A DNA stretch of 37,562 nt from an uncultured Limnohabitans sp. (GCA_963923185.1 CAWUNN010000001.1:1-37562); one strand, 5' to 3'. Shown: positions 1-10,782, numbered from the stretch's first letter. The notes: a model not told the origin generated them from the letters alone. Program-made: numbers and translations.

Positions 1-41
1 GGAGTCCGTCTCGTGGGCTCGGAGATGTGTATAAGAGACAG
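1..41 (+). other. Illumina Nextera adapter remnant (library artefact)
   Basis: 8-41 = GTCTCGTGGGCTCGGAGATGTGTATAAGAGACAG, the Nextera read-2 transposome sequence ending in the 19-bp Tn5 mosaic end (23-41); 1-7 GGAGTCC occupies the i7 index position. Confidence 0.98.
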
Positions 42-239
42 GTCTTGCAACGTGGGGGCCAAGCCGATTACGCCGTCTTGTTGGCCGACTTGCAAGCCAG
101 AGATGCACGCGACACCCAACGCAGCGCTGCCCCATTGCGCGCCGCAGCTGACGCGGTGCAACTGGACAACACCCATCTGTCCATTGCTGACTCGGTCCAA
201 CAAGTGCTCGATTGGTGGAATCAACGATTGAGCCACTGA
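42..239 (+). CDS. cmk: Cytidylate kinase C-terminus, 5'-truncated (possibly the end of an AroA-Cmk fusion)
   Basis: [42 protein letters not shown] matches the Cmk C-terminal RDxRDxxRxxAPL...DxT motif. Confidence 0.85.
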   Translation, partial: VLQRGGQADYAVLLADLQARDARDTQRSAAPLRAAADAVQLDNTHLSIADSVQQVLDWWNQRLSH

Positions 240-248
240 ATCCGCCGG

Positions 249-1460
249 TCAGTGACGGGCGGCGTTCAAGGCCTGAGACAGCGTCATGCCCTGCCATGGT
301 TGCCAAATGGCTTGGGTGGCTTCACTGGGCTGCAACAGCACATCGTGCAACAAAGGGGCCAAGAGGGTGATCTGAGGTTGGACCAGCAACACCCAACGGT
401 CTTGATCTTCCAACCGAGCCACCCATCCCAATTGGAGCAATCGGCGCAAAGCGGGCTCGAGCTCGGCAGGATTGAATCTCAATTGCTCGGCCAATTCGGA
501 CAGCGACAAACCGATGCGATTGTCTTCCTTGGTCAGGTGCAAGAGACCCAGCACTTCCAGGGCCATGGTCAGGCTCCAACCAGGTCCCTGAGCCGCCCGC
601 ACGCGTCCCAGCAGCACCCCGGGCAAGAGTGACACCACCACGGCTCCAGACAAGACGATCATCCAAGCGGTGTAGATCCAAACCAACAATATGGGAAAGG
701 TAGCCAGGGCGCCATACACCTTTGAATAAGCGGGCATGGCACTGAGGTACCAAGTCAGGATGCGGCGCGCAATTTCCAACACCAGCGAGACCCACAATCC
801 ACCGGCCATGGCATGCGCCCAGCGCACATGCACATTGGGCAGGTATTTGAACAACGCCCCCACACCCAACACCAACAACGAGCCTTCTAACAGCCCAAAC
901 GCCAGGTTCAGGCCTTGCGGCCAGGCCTGTCCCATGCCCCGAGAGACCGACACCACGTGCGACATGGTGACGATGCCCAATCCCATCAGCAAAGGCCCCA
1001 GGGTCAATGCCGACCAATACACCAGCAAGCGTTGCGCCCAGGGTCGGGGTTGTGTCACACCCCAAATGGCATTGAAAGCCCGATCCAGAGTGAAGATCAA
1101 GGTCAAAGCAGACACCACCAACACCGCCATGCCCGCCAGCCCCAAGCGGCTGGCTTTGGTGGTGAACTGGGTGACATAACTCAGCACCTGTCTGGAAATG
1201 CTCTCGGGCATGAGGCTGTCAATCAGCCAACGCTGCACCACCGTCTGGATGTCGGCAAACTGAGGAAAGATGGAAAAAATCGCCAAACCCACCGTCAGCA
1301 GTGGAATCAAGGTGATGGTGGTGGTGAACGTCAAGCTGCCGGCTGCTTGGCCCAAACGCACATCGACAAAACGCTGACGCACCATCTTGATCATCTGCCG
1401 CCATGGCAAATCGCTCCAGCGCGCAATGGCCAGGGGTTGAGGTGTTGACGTCAAGTTCAT
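249..1460 (-). CDS. yihY: YihY/BrkB family inner-membrane protein with a C-terminal HTH-like domain
   Basis: AGSLTFTT, AFNAIW, YWSALTLGP and YGALATFPILLVWIY motifs, several TM segments, C-terminal LSELAEQLRFNPAELEPALRRL; ATG at 1460 chosen as start. Confidence 0.9.
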   Translation of the reverse strand: MNLTSTPQPLAIARWSDLPWRQMIKMVRQRFVDVRLGQAAGSLTFTTTITLIPLLTVGLAIFSIFPQFADIQTVVQRWLIDSLMPESISRQVLSYVTQFTTKASRLGLAGMAVLVVSALTLIFTLDRAFNAIWGVTQPRPWAQRLLVYWSALTLGPLLMGLGIVTMSHVVSVSRGMGQAWPQGLNLAFGLLEGSLLVLGVGALFKYLPNVHVRWAHAMAGGLWVSLVLEIARRILTWYLSAMPAYSKVYGALATFPILLVWIYTAWMIVLSGAVVVSLLPGVLLGRVRAAQGPGWSLTMALEVLGLLHLTKEDNRIGLSLSELAEQLRFNPAELEPALRRLLQLGWVARLEDQDRWVLLVQPQITLLAPLLHDVLLQPSEATQAIWQPWQGMTLSQALNAARH

Positions 1461-1522
1461 GTCCAAGCGATCCGTATCATCCGTCCCCGATTATTTCAGA
1501 CCTTGCCGCCCACCCCAAAAAA

Positions 1523-1595
1523 ATTGGGGTCAGACCCCAATAGGTCATATTCACAATCGAGGTTTTGGCCAAAGAATTGGGGTCTGACCCCAATT
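1523..1595. repeat. Inverted pair of REP-like palindromes
   Basis: ATTGGGGTC-A-GACCCCAAT (1523-1541) and AATTGGGGTC-T-GACCCCAATT (1575-1595), 33 bp apart, with complementary central bases. Confidence 0.8.
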
Positions 1596-1613
1596 GCTAC
1601 ATAGAATGAGTGG

Positions 1614-2015
1614 ATGGGTGATGTTGAATTGAGTTCGATGAAGGCGCTGGGTGGTCTGCGGGTGCTGGCCGTGGGCACTTTGTGTGCCTTGGTGGTGTTG
1701 TGCTTGGGCTGGGAGTTGTGGTGGGCGCCGGTGCGTCCAGGTGGCAGCTGGTTGGCCTTGAAGGCATTGCCGCTGTGCATTCCGCTGGCGGGTTTGTTGA
1801 AACACCGCATGTACACCTACCGCTGGCTCAGTTTGATGGTCTGGTTGTATTTCACCGAAGGGGTGGTTCGGGCCAACTCTGACCGTGCCCCCAGCTCGTA
1901 TTTTGCGGGCCTTGAAGTGGCCTTGTGCTTGGTTTTGTTCGTCGCTTGTTCTTTGCATGTGCGTCATCGTTTCAAACACGCCAGGGCTTTGGATGCGGCA
2001 TCTGAGTTGAAATGA
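1614..2015 (+). CDS. DUF2069 family membrane protein
   Basis: WELWWAPVRPGGSWLALKALPL...YTYRW..LYFTEGVVRA; four hydrophobic segments. Confidence 0.88.
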   Translation: MGDVELSSMKALGGLRVLAVGTLCALVVLCLGWELWWAPVRPGGSWLALKALPLCIPLAGLLKHRMYTYRWLSLMVWLYFTEGVVRANSDRAPSSYFAGLEVALCLVLFVACSLHVRHRFKHARALDAASELK

Positions 2016-2016
2016 C

Positions 2017-3429
2017 ATGAAGCATCCGTTGATCGACACATTGCGTGGCATCGTGGGCGAGGTCCAAGTCATGACCGAGGACATCGATGCGTTTCAAACC
2101 GATTGGCGCAAGCGCGCCAAAGGCCGGGCTTTGTGCGTGGTGCGCCCTGGCAACACCCTCGAAGTGGCCGCCGTGGTCAAAGCCTGCGCTGCAGCCGGGG
2201 TGAGCATCGTGCCCCAAGGGGGCAACACCGGATTGGTGGTGGGGTCGATCCCTGACGAGACGGGGACTCAGGTGTTGCTGAGCTTGCAGCGCATGCATGC
2301 CGTGCGGGCCTTGGATGCGCAAAACTTGACCATCACAGTCGAGGCCGGTTGCGTGCTGCAAAACCTGCAACATGCCGCCGAGCAAGCTGGCTTGTTGTTT
2401 CCGCTCAGCTTGGGTTCAGAGGGCAGTTGCACCATTGGGGGCAATTTGTCGACCAATGCGGGTGGCACCCAAGTGGTGCGCTACGGCAATGCCCGTGAGT
2501 TGTGCTTGGGCCTGGAGGTGGTGACGGCCGATGGCGAAATATTAAACGGACTGGTGGGCCTGCGCAAAGACAACACCGGCTACGACTTGCGCGATGTGTT
2601 CATCGGTGCCGAGGGGACGCTGGGCATCATCACCGCAGCCACCATGAAGCTGTACCCGATGCCAGCGGCCACGCTGACGGCTTGGGCGGCCGTGCCCAGC
2701 ATGGCGCAAGCGGTCCATTTTTTGGGGTTGGCACACCGTCACTTGGGGGCTGGCCTGACTGGTTTTGAAGTCATGAACCAGTTCTCACTCAGCCTGGTGG
2801 ACAAACACTACCCACAGTTGAGGGTGCCTTTGTGGTCGCAAACCCCGTGGTGTGTGCTGTTGGAAAACTCTGACAGCGAGTCCGAATCGCATGCACGCGC
2901 GCGCTTTGAGGCTTTGCTAGAGGCCGCCTTGCAAGAGGGTTGTGTCAGCGATGCGGTGGTGGCCGAGAGCTTGGCGCAGGCCCGCAATCTGTGGCACATC
3001 CGCGAAAGCATCACCTTGGCGCAAGCCGAAGAGGGTCTGAACATCAAACACGACATCTCGATTCCGATCTCGGCCATCCCAGAATTTGTCCAAGTCACCG
3101 ATGCCGCCTTGGAACAAGCAGTACCGGGCGTGCGTTTGGTCGATTTTGGGCACCTGGGCGATGGCAATTTGCATTACAACGTGCAAGCCCCAGTGGGCCA
3201 AGACGTGAAAGCCTTTCAGACCCAGTACGAAGATCGGGTGAATGACATCGTGTACACCCACGTGCAACGCTTTGGTGGCTCGATCTCGGCCGAGCATGGC
3301 GTGGGCGAGTTGAAGGTCGATCGGCTGCCGCAACACAAAGACCCAGTGGCCTTGGCCTTGATGCGCCGCATCAAAACCGCGCTGGACCCGAACCACACCT
3401 TGAACCCAGGACGGGTGATCAAGGTCTGA
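2017..3429 (+). CDS. FAD-binding oxidoreductase (D-2-hydroxyacid dehydrogenase / GlcD-like)
   Basis: PQGGNTGLVVG, IGGNLSTNAGG, LRKDNTGYDL, GAEGTLGIIT, GHLGDGNLH, SAEHGVG. Confidence 0.93.
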   Translation: MKHPLIDTLRGIVGEVQVMTEDIDAFQTDWRKRAKGRALCVVRPGNTLEVAAVVKACAAAGVSIVPQGGNTGLVVGSIPDETGTQVLLSLQRMHAVRALDAQNLTITVEAGCVLQNLQHAAEQAGLLFPLSLGSEGSCTIGGNLSTNAGGTQVVRYGNARELCLGLEVVTADGEILNGLVGLRKDNTGYDLRDVFIGAEGTLGIITAATMKLYPMPAATLTAWAAVPSMAQAVHFLGLAHRHLGAGLTGFEVMNQFSLSLVDKHYPQLRVPLWSQTPWCVLLENSDSESESHARARFEALLEAALQEGCVSDAVVAESLAQARNLWHIRESITLAQAEEGLNIKHDISIPISAIPEFVQVTDAALEQAVPGVRLVDFGHLGDGNLHYNVQAPVGQDVKAFQTQYEDRVNDIVYTHVQRFGGSISAEHGVGELKVDRLPQHKDPVALALMRRIKTALDPNHTLNPGRVIKV

Positions 3430-3440
3430 TCAAGCGTTGA

Positions 3441-4520
3441 TCAAGGACGCCGCGGGGCACACACCAGAACCCCCGGGTCGTTGTGGGCCACTTCGAGTTT
3501 GTTTTTGGCTTGCGCCACTTCCATCTCGCGCGGCAGGGTGACATCGTTTTTGACCGCCAAGATTTCGGCCATGATGCTGACCGCAATCTCTGAGGGCATC
3601 TTGGATCCGATGTAAATGCCAATGGGGCCGCGCAAACGTTGCAGGCTTTGGTCGGTCTGACCAAAGTGTTCTTTCATGCGCTCACGTCGGGCATCGTTGT
3701 TGCGCCGTGAACCAATGGCGCCGACATAAAAAGCCGATGTGTCCAAGGCCTCGATCAGGGCCAGATCGTCCAATTTGGGATCGTGGGTCAGGGCCACGAC
3801 GCAGCTGCGTCGGTCGGGTCGAAACGATTGCACCACGTCATCAGGCATCTCGCGAGTCAGGGTGACATCGGGCACCGACCAAGCCCCGCTGTACTCGGGC
3901 CGGGGATCGCACACCGTGACCGCAAAACCATTGAAACGGGCCATGGTGGCCAGGTACTCTGACAGTTGGCCAGCCCCAATGAGCAGCATGCGGTACTCAG
4001 GGCCAAAGGTGTTGGTCAGGCTGTGCTCATCGATGTGCAACTCTTGCGGGCTGCTGGCGCCAGACAGAGTCACTTGGCCATCGCTCAGGTTGACACGCCT
4101 GTGGATCAGTTCACCGTGCTCAAGCGAGCTGACCAATTGGGCCAACTGTGGCGCATCGGGGTCGAATTCAAGCAACAACTCCAAGGTGCCGCCACAGGGC
4201 AAGCCGAATCGGTGGGCCTCGTCGGCCGTGATGCCGTATTTGACGCGCTGGGGCGCGCCGCTTGGAATCTCTCCAGGCTCTTCGGCATGGCTGGCTTGGC
4301 TGTGAGCGTAAGCTTGGGTGAAGCGATAGATCAAATCGTCTTCGATGCACCCACCCGAGACCGAACCCAGCACAGCGCCGTCTTCGCACAAAGCCATGAT
4401 CGAGCCCACCGGACGGGGCGAAGAACCCCAGGTGCGCACCACTGTGGCCAGCAAGGCACGTCGCCCAGCTTGGCGCCAGTCGCGCAGCCCGCGCAACACC
4501 ATGACGTCTAGGTTTTCCAT
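3441..4520 (-). CDS. xdhC: XdhC/CoxI family molybdenum-cofactor chaperone
   Basis: TWGSSPRPVGS, GSVSGGCIE, GLPCGG, LTHDPKLDD, YVGAIGSRR, PSEIAVSIMAE. Confidence 0.92.
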   Translation of the reverse strand: MENLDVMVLRGLRDWRQAGRRALLATVVRTWGSSPRPVGSIMALCEDGAVLGSVSGGCIEDDLIYRFTQAYAHSQASHAEEPGEIPSGAPQRVKYGITADEAHRFGLPCGGTLELLLEFDPDAPQLAQLVSSLEHGELIHRRVNLSDGQVTLSGASSPQELHIDEHSLTNTFGPEYRMLLIGAGQLSEYLATMARFNGFAVTVCDPRPEYSGAWSVPDVTLTREMPDDVVQSFRPDRRSCVVALTHDPKLDDLALIEALDTSAFYVGAIGSRRNNDARRERMKEHFGQTDQSLQRLRGPIGIYIGSKMPSEIAVSIMAEILAVKNDVTLPREMEVAQAKNKLEVAHNDPGVLVCAPRRP

Positions 4521-4584
4521 GATGAGGTCATTTTAGGTGGGTCGATGCAAGACAAGCTGAAAGGTTGAGTCGATCACGCAAGCC

Positions 4585-5562
4585 TCAATGAACTTTCAGA
4601 ACGATTTTGCCCACATGTCGATCGGCTTGCATGTGCTCGCGTGCTGCTGGCAACTGATCGAAGTCAAACACCCGGTCAATCAGAGGGGTCAATCCACGTT
4701 GCGCCATCAGGGGCAAGAAACGCCGGGTGAAGTCGCTGGCATTGGCGGTGCGCTCGGTGGCCGTGCGCTTTTTGTTGGACACCCCAAAAATGCGCAGACG
4801 CTGGGCATGGACCGCGCCAATGTCCAAGGGCGCAGAAAACTGGCCGTCGACATAGCCCACGATGGCCAAGCGGCCCCGATAGGCCAAGCACTCGATTTGC
4901 TCGGCCAAGATGCTGCCACCCACCGGGTTGATGGCCAAGTTCACGCCCTTGCCCTGGGTGCAGCGTTTGACCTCTTCGATGAAACCACCCCCACGGGTCA
5001 AGACCGCGTGTTGCAAGCCATGGGCTTTGAGGGCTTCGAGTTTGTGCGCCTGGCTGGAGGTGCCAATGATGTGCGAGCCGATCAACTGAGCCAACTGCAA
5101 GCTGGCCGTGCCCACGCCCGAGGACACGCCATTGAGCAGCAACCATTCGTCAGCGGCCAACTCACCTTGAGTGACCAACATGTCGTGCGAGACCATGTAG
5201 GTGATGGGCAGCGCCGCCCCATGCGTCCAATCAAAGTGGTCTGGCATGGGCATGGCTTCAGAGGCCACCAGCAGGGACTGCTGGGCAAAACCACCCAATG
5301 CTCGCCCCATGACTCTTTGACCCACTTGCCAGCCCGTCACGCCCTCGCCCACGGCGAGGATGGTGCCAGCGGCTTCCATGCCCATGGCTTTGGGTTCGCT
5401 CAGTTGCCCCAGCAGACCTTGGCCAGTGATGAATTCGCCCCGATTCAAACCGGCAGCATGCACTTGTACCCGCAATTGTCCAGGGCCGGCCACAGGCGCC
5501 GGGGTATCGCGCAGTTGCAGTTCAGGGCCACCAGACCCAGCCACCATCCACCAAGACTTCAT
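4585..5562 (-). CDS. MDR-superfamily NAD(P)H:quinone oxidoreductase-like protein
   Basis: VHAAGLNRGE, GMEAAG, GVSSGVG nucleotide-binding motif, GKIVL terminus; start set at ATG 5562 preceded by GAGGG. Confidence 0.88.
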   Translation of the reverse strand: MKSWWMVAGSGGPELQLRDTPAPVAGPGQLRVQVHAAGLNRGEFITGQGLLGQLSEPKAMGMEAAGTILAVGEGVTGWQVGQRVMGRALGGFAQQSLLVASEAMPMPDHFDWTHGAALPITYMVSHDMLVTQGELAADEWLLLNGVSSGVGTASLQLAQLIGSHIIGTSSQAHKLEALKAHGLQHAVLTRGGGFIEEVKRCTQGKGVNLAINPVGGSILAEQIECLAYRGRLAIVGYVDGQFSAPLDIGAVHAQRLRIFGVSNKKRTATERTANASDFTRRFLPLMAQRGLTPLIDRVFDFDQLPAAREHMQADRHVGKIVLKVH

Positions 5563-5599
5563 GCGCAATCCCTCAACAAATTTGTGTGATGACGCAGAT

Positions 5600-6670
5600 T
5601 CAGCCCAAAGCCTTGACCACCGCGTCGCCCATTTCGCGGGTGCCGACACGGGTGGTGCCCGCACTGTGAATGTCGGGGGTGCGCAAGCCTTGTGCCAACA
5701 CATTTTTGACGGCAGCTTCGATGCGATCGGCTGCTTGGGCTTGATCCAGGCTGTAGCGCAACATCATCGCCGCCGACAAAATGGTGGCCAGGGGGTTGGC
5801 CACGCCTTGACCCGCGATGTCAGGGGCGCTGCCGTGGCTGGGCTCGTACAGACCTTGTTTTTTGTCGTTCAAAGAGGCCGAGGGCAACATGCCAATCGAG
5901 CCGGTCAGCATCGAGGCTTCGTCAGACAAGATGTCGCCAAACATGTTGCCCGTGACCACCACATCGAATTTTTTGGGCTCTTTGACCAACTGCATGGCGG
6001 CGTTGTCGATGTACATGTGTTCCAGCTTGACATCGGGGTACTCTTTGCCCAACTCGACCATGGTGTCGCGCCACAGTTGCGAAGTCTCGAGCACGTTGGA
6101 TTTGTCCACGCTGGTGACGTGGCGGTTGCGCTTGCGAGCAGCCTCAAAGGCCACGCGACCGATGCGCTCGATCTCGGGCCGTGTGTAGCGCATGGTGTCA
6201 AAGCCCTCATCGGCACCGGGAAACAGTCCGTCTGCGGCGACGCGGCGTCCGCGCGGTTGGCCAAAATAGATGTCACCCGTCAATTCGCGCAAAATCAAAA
6301 TGTCCAAGCCAGCCACCAACTCAGGCTTGAGGCTGGAGGCATGGGTGAGTTGCTCATAGCAAATCGCGGGCCGGAAGTTGGCAAACAAGCCCAGGTGCTT
6401 GCGCAAACCCAAAATGGCTTGCTCGGGTCGGAATTGACGCTCGAGTTGGTCGTACTTCCAGTCCCCCACAGCGCCAAACAAAATGGCATCGCAGGACTTG
6501 GCCAGGTTCAAGGTGGACTCGGGCAAGGGATGGCCGTGGGCGTCATAAGCAGCCCCACCCACCAAAGCCTCTTGCAGGTTCAACTTCAAACCCAAGGCTT
6601 TGAGCACTTTGACCGCTTCGGCGGTGATTTCAGTACCGATGCCGTCACCGGCCAAGATTGCAATGTTCAT
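5600..6670 (-). CDS. leuB: 3-isopropylmalate dehydrogenase
   Basis: [39 protein letters not shown]. Confidence 0.98.
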   Translation of the reverse strand: MNIAILAGDGIGTEITAEAVKVLKALGLKLNLQEALVGGAAYDAHGHPLPESTLNLAKSCDAILFGAVGDWKYDQLERQFRPEQAILGLRKHLGLFANFRPAICYEQLTHASSLKPELVAGLDILILRELTGDIYFGQPRGRRVAADGLFPGADEGFDTMRYTRPEIERIGRVAFEAARKRNRHVTSVDKSNVLETSQLWRDTMVELGKEYPDVKLEHMYIDNAAMQLVKEPKKFDVVVTGNMFGDILSDEASMLTGSIGMLPSASLNDKKQGLYEPSHGSAPDIAGQGVANPLATILSAAMMLRYSLDQAQAADRIEAAVKNVLAQGLRTPDIHSAGTTRVGTREMGDAVVKALG

Positions 6671-6687
6671 GAGACTCTTTCAGACGA

Positions 6688-7332
6688 TCAAAGGGTGTGG
6701 GCCAGCCAGGGTTTGGTGGCCAAGCGCTGCGCCTCGTAGCTTCGAATCTTGTCGGCATGGCGCAAGGTCAAGCCGATGTCATCAAAACCATTGAGCAGAC
6801 AGTATTTGCGAAACGAGTTGACTTCAAAGGCGATCTCTTCGCCTTGCGCCTTGACCACCACTTGGCGCTCGAGGTCAATGGTCAACTCAAAGCCAGGAAA
6901 AGCCGCCACTTCGTTGAACAAACCATCGATCACACTCTCTGGCAAGACGATGGGCAACAGTCCGTTTTTGAAGCAGTTGTTGAAAAAGATATCGGCGAAG
7001 CTGGGCGCCAAAATGGCTCGAAATCCATATTGGTCAATCGCCCAGGGGGCGTGTTCGCGCGACGAGCCACATCCAAAGTTTTTGCGCGCCAACAAAATGC
7101 TAGCGCCTTTGTAGCGCGGTTGATTCAGCACAAAATCGGGGTTGGGCTTGCGTTGTGACTCAGGGATGCCAGGCTCACCTTTGTCCAAGTAGCGCCACTC
7201 ATCGAACAAATTGGGGCCAAAGCCCGTTTTTTTGATGGACTTGAGGAACTGTTTGGGGATGATGGCATCGGTGTCGACGTTGGCACGGTCCATCGGCGCC
7301 ACCAGACCTTTGTGGATGTTGAACTTTTGCAT
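6688..7332 (-). CDS. leuD: 3-isopropylmalate dehydratase small subunit
   Basis: [27 protein letters not shown]. Confidence 0.98.
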   Translation of the reverse strand: MQKFNIHKGLVAPMDRANVDTDAIIPKQFLKSIKKTGFGPNLFDEWRYLDKGEPGIPESQRKPNPDFVLNQPRYKGASILLARKNFGCGSSREHAPWAIDQYGFRAILAPSFADIFFNNCFKNGLLPIVLPESVIDGLFNEVAAFPGFELTIDLERQVVVKAQGEEIAFEVNSFRKYCLLNGFDDIGLTLRHADKIRSYEAQRLATKPWLAHTL

Positions 7333-7343
7333 GGTGTGGCTCC

Positions 7344-8765
7344 TTAGGCGAACTGACGGATGTCGACAAAATGGCCATGCACGGCGGCCGCAGCGGCCAT
7401 CGCCGGGCTGACCAAGTGGGTGCGCCCCCCATTGCCTTGACGGCCTTCAAAGTTGCGGTTGCTGGTCGACGCGCAGCGCTCACCTGGCTCGAGTCGGTCG
7501 GCGTTCATGGCCAAACACATCGAACAGCCGGGTTCGCGCCATTCAAAACCAGCGGCCTTGAAAATCTCGTGCAAGCCTTCACGCTCGGCTTGCTCTTTGA
7601 CCAAGCCAGAGCCTGGTACGACCATGGCCAGTTTGACATTGCGCGCCACTTTTTGCCCAAGCTTTTTGACCACCGCTGCGGCCTCTCGCATGTCTTCGAT
7701 GCGGCTGTTGGTGCAAGAGCCAATGAACACCTTGTCGACCGAGATGTCGTTGATGGCCTTGCCAGGCTGCAAACCCATGTAGGCCAAGGCGCGCTCAAAG
7801 GCGTCGCGTCGGGTGGCGTCCTTTTCTTTGTCAGGGTCGGGGACGCGAGCGTCGATGCCCAGCACCATCTCGGGCGATGTGCCCCAGGTGACTTGAGGCA
7901 CGATTTGGGTGCCATCGAGCTCGACGACGGCATCAAAGACAGCACCAGGGTCGCTGTGCAAGCTGCGCCAATAGGCCACGGCCTGATCCCACTCGACGCC
8001 TGAGGGCGAGAGCAAACGCCCCTTGAGGTATTCGATGGTTTTGTCGTCCACGGCCACCATGCCGGCGCGTGCACCGCCTTCAATGGCCATGTTGCACAGG
8101 GTCATGCGCCCCTCCATGGACAAATCACGGATGGCGCTGCCCGCAAACTCAATGGTGTAGCCCGTGCCCCCAGCCGTGCCGATCTTGCCAATGATGGCCA
8201 GCACGATGTCCTTGGCCGTCACGCCCTTGGCCACCCGGCCTTCGACCTTGATCAACATGTTTTTGGCCTTTTTGGCCAACAAGGTCTGGGTGGCCATGAC
8301 GTGCTCGACCTCAGAGGTGCCGATGCCATGGGCCAAGGCGCCAAATGCGCCATGGGTCGAGGTGTGTGAGTCACCGCAAACGACCGTCATGCCCGGCAAG
8401 GTGGCACCGTTTTCAGGGCCAATCACGTGCACGATGCCTTGGCGTTTGTGCAAAAACGGGAAATAAGCGGCAGCACCAAAAGCCTGGATGTTGGCATCCA
8501 GCGTGGTGACCTGCTCTTTGCTGATGGGGTCGGTGATGCCGTCGTAGCCCCGCTCCCAGCCGGTGGTCGGGGTGTTGTGGTCGGCAGTGGCCACGATCGA
8601 GCTGACACGCCAGACTTTGCGCCCGGCCTGGCGGATGCCCTCAAAGGCCTGCGGACTGGTGACTTCGTGGACCAAATGGCGGTCGATGTAGAGAACGGCA
8701 GTGCCGTCTTCTTCGGTGTGGACGACGTGTTCGTCCCAGATTTTGTCGTACAAGGTGCGTGCCAT
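7344..8765 (-). CDS. leuC: 3-isopropylmalate dehydratase large subunit
   Basis: [45 protein letters not shown]; start MARTLYDK at 8765. Confidence 0.98.
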   Translation of the reverse strand: MARTLYDKIWDEHVVHTEEDGTAVLYIDRHLVHEVTSPQAFEGIRQAGRKVWRVSSIVATADHNTPTTGWERGYDGITDPISKEQVTTLDANIQAFGAAAYFPFLHKRQGIVHVIGPENGATLPGMTVVCGDSHTSTHGAFGALAHGIGTSEVEHVMATQTLLAKKAKNMLIKVEGRVAKGVTAKDIVLAIIGKIGTAGGTGYTIEFAGSAIRDLSMEGRMTLCNMAIEGGARAGMVAVDDKTIEYLKGRLLSPSGVEWDQAVAYWRSLHSDPGAVFDAVVELDGTQIVPQVTWGTSPEMVLGIDARVPDPDKEKDATRRDAFERALAYMGLQPGKAINDISVDKVFIGSCTNSRIEDMREAAAVVKKLGQKVARNVKLAMVVPGSGLVKEQAEREGLHEIFKAAGFEWREPGCSMCLAMNADRLEPGERCASTSNRNFEGRQGNGGRTHLVSPAMAAAAAVHGHFVDIRQFA

Positions 8766-8874
8766 GGTGAGCCAACAAGGTGTGAAGGAACCCATCATTT
8801 TAGGACGGATGGAAGGTCCCCGTCACCGAGTGCAGCCCCCTCAGGTCACGGCCTTGACACGGCTGAGACGACCC

Positions 8875-9135
8875 TCAGGCCGCTTCGGTGTAGTAGACCT
8901 CGATGCGGCCTTTGAGCTTAATCAGCAGGGGTTTGCCTTTGCGGTCCAAGGTTTTGCCCGCAGGCACCTTGATCCAGCCTTCGGACAGGCAATATTCTTC
9001 GACATCTTGACGGTCTTTGCCGTTGAAACGCACGCCGATGCTGTGCTGCAAGACCTCGGGGTGGTAGTGAGGGCTGCGGGGGTCGATGCTGAGGTGATCG
9101 GGCAGTTCAGGGCGGTTGGGGGTGTCGGTGCTCAT
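8875..9135 (-). CDS. DUF3297 family protein
   Basis: LSIDPRSP...GVRFNGK..VEEYCLSEGWIKV..GK..DR.G.PL.IKLKG. Confidence 0.85.
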   Translation of the reverse strand: MSTDTPNRPELPDHLSIDPRSPHYHPEVLQHSIGVRFNGKDRQDVEEYCLSEGWIKVPAGKTLDRKGKPLLIKLKGRIEVYYTEAA

Positions 9136-9142
9136 GGAAGAA

Positions 9143-10684
9143 TCAGTTTTCGCGCTTGAGGGCGGGGAACAAAATCACGTCTCTGATGCTGGGGCTGTCG
9201 GTGAGCAACATCATCAAGCGGTCGATGCCTATGCCGCAGCCACCTGTGGGAGGCATGCCGTACTCCAGGGCTCGCACAAAGTCATGGTCGTGGAACATGG
9301 CCTCGTCGTCACCACTGTCTTTGGCCGCGACTTGGGCAGCAAAGCGGGCCGCTTGGTCTTCGGCGTCATTGAGTTCAGAGAAACCATTGCCAAACTCGCG
9401 GCCCGTGATGTACAGCTCAAAGCGCTCGGTGACTTCGGGGCGCAGGTCGTTGGCCCGAGCCAAGGGTGAAATCTCGGTCGGGTGTTCCATGATGAAGGTG
9501 GGGTTCCAGAGCTTTTCTTCGACCGTTTCTTCAAAATACAGCACCTGAAGGCTGGCCAAGCTGCGCGTAGAGAGTTTGTCTTTCTCTTCATTGAACCCCA
9601 GTTTCTTCAAGGCCGAGATCAGCCACTGGGCGTCATCCACACCCGCACCAGCTTGGGTGTGGCGAACAATCGCTTCGCGAATGGTCAAGCGCTCAAAAGG
9701 CTGGGCCAAATCGACGGGTTGTCCGGCATAGGTCAACAACAAGGTGCCCACTGCTTTTTGAGCGGCATCGCGAATCAGATCTTCGGTGAAGCTCATCAGG
9801 TCGCGGTAGTTCCAATAGGCCGCGTAAAACTCCATCATGGTGAATTCGGGGTTGTGGCGCACCGAGATGCCTTCATTGCGGAAATTGCGGTTGATTTCAA
9901 AGACCCGCTCAAATCCACCCACGATCAAGCGCTTGAGGTACAACTCGGGCGCGATTCGCAAGAACATCTCTTGGTCCAGCGCATTGTGATGGGTGACGAA
10001 TGGACGGGCATTGGCTCCACCAGGAATGGGGTGCAGCATGGGGGTTTCAACCTCGAGAAAGCCATGGTGCACCATGAATTCTCGAATGCCACTGACGGCT
10101 TTGCTGCGCGCCACAAAGCGCTTGCGAGCGTTTTCGTCGGTCATCAAATCGACATAGCGCTGGCGGTATTTGATCTCGGTGTCGGCCACTCCGTGGAACT
10201 TGTCGGGCATGGGTCGCAGGCTCTTGGTCAGCAAGCGAATCGACGTGGCGTGGATGGACAACTCGCCCGTGCGGGTTTTGAACAACCGGCCTTCGGCGCC
10301 CACGATGTCACCCAAATCCCAATGTTTGAATTCGTTGTAGGTGTCTTCGCCCACTTCATCTCGGGCGATGTAGATCTGAATGCGCCCACTGGCGTCTTGC
10401 AAGGTGGCAAAGCTGGCCTTGCCCATGACGCGTTTGAGCATCATGCGCCCAGCCACCCGAGCCTTGGGCTGGGTCTCTTGCAAGGCCTCAGCGGTTTGGG
10501 CCCCATGCAGCTCGTGCAAATCATGTGCATGGTGTGCTGGCTTGAAGTCGTTGGGAAAGGGCACCGGACCGCCAGCTTGGTGACGCGCACGCAGCGCCTT
10601 GAGCTTGTCGCGGCGCTCAGCGATCAGTTGGTTCTCATCGACCGCTGGGGCGGCGTGTTCTTGGCTGGAAGTGTTTTCAGACAT
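9143..10684 (-). CDS. lysS: Lysine--tRNA ligase (class II)
   Basis: [48 protein letters not shown]; start at ATG 10684. Confidence 0.98.
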   Translation of the reverse strand: MSENTSSQEHAAPAVDENQLIAERRDKLKALRARHQAGGPVPFPNDFKPAHHAHDLHELHGAQTAEALQETQPKARVAGRMMLKRVMGKASFATLQDASGRIQIYIARDEVGEDTYNEFKHWDLGDIVGAEGRLFKTRTGELSIHATSIRLLTKSLRPMPDKFHGVADTEIKYRQRYVDLMTDENARKRFVARSKAVSGIREFMVHHGFLEVETPMLHPIPGGANARPFVTHHNALDQEMFLRIAPELYLKRLIVGGFERVFEINRNFRNEGISVRHNPEFTMMEFYAAYWNYRDLMSFTEDLIRDAAQKAVGTLLLTYAGQPVDLAQPFERLTIREAIVRHTQAGAGVDDAQWLISALKKLGFNEEKDKLSTRSLASLQVLYFEETVEEKLWNPTFIMEHPTEISPLARANDLRPEVTERFELYITGREFGNGFSELNDAEDQAARFAAQVAAKDSGDDEAMFHDHDFVRALEYGMPPTGGCGIGIDRLMMLLTDSPSIRDVILFPALKREN

Positions 10685-10782
10685 AAGCGGTGTATTGTAG
10701 GTCGCCAAGGCTGTCCACTTGGGGCGTGGTCGGCATCGCCCTGTGCTCTTGTTGCACAATGGCAAGGACAGACTCATTCAGC

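Noticed and set aside
23-41. Tn5 mosaic end as a real transposon end
   Set aside because: It is embedded in the full Nextera primer at the contig edge and there is no transposase
1523-1595. Palindromic repeats as a mini CRISPR array
   Set aside because: Only two short copies with complementary centres (inverted), and no cas genes or leader
8766-8874. Leucine attenuator upstream of leuC
   Set aside because: Only a TAAAAT (8802-8797) and a short leader; no Leu-rich peptide or terminator
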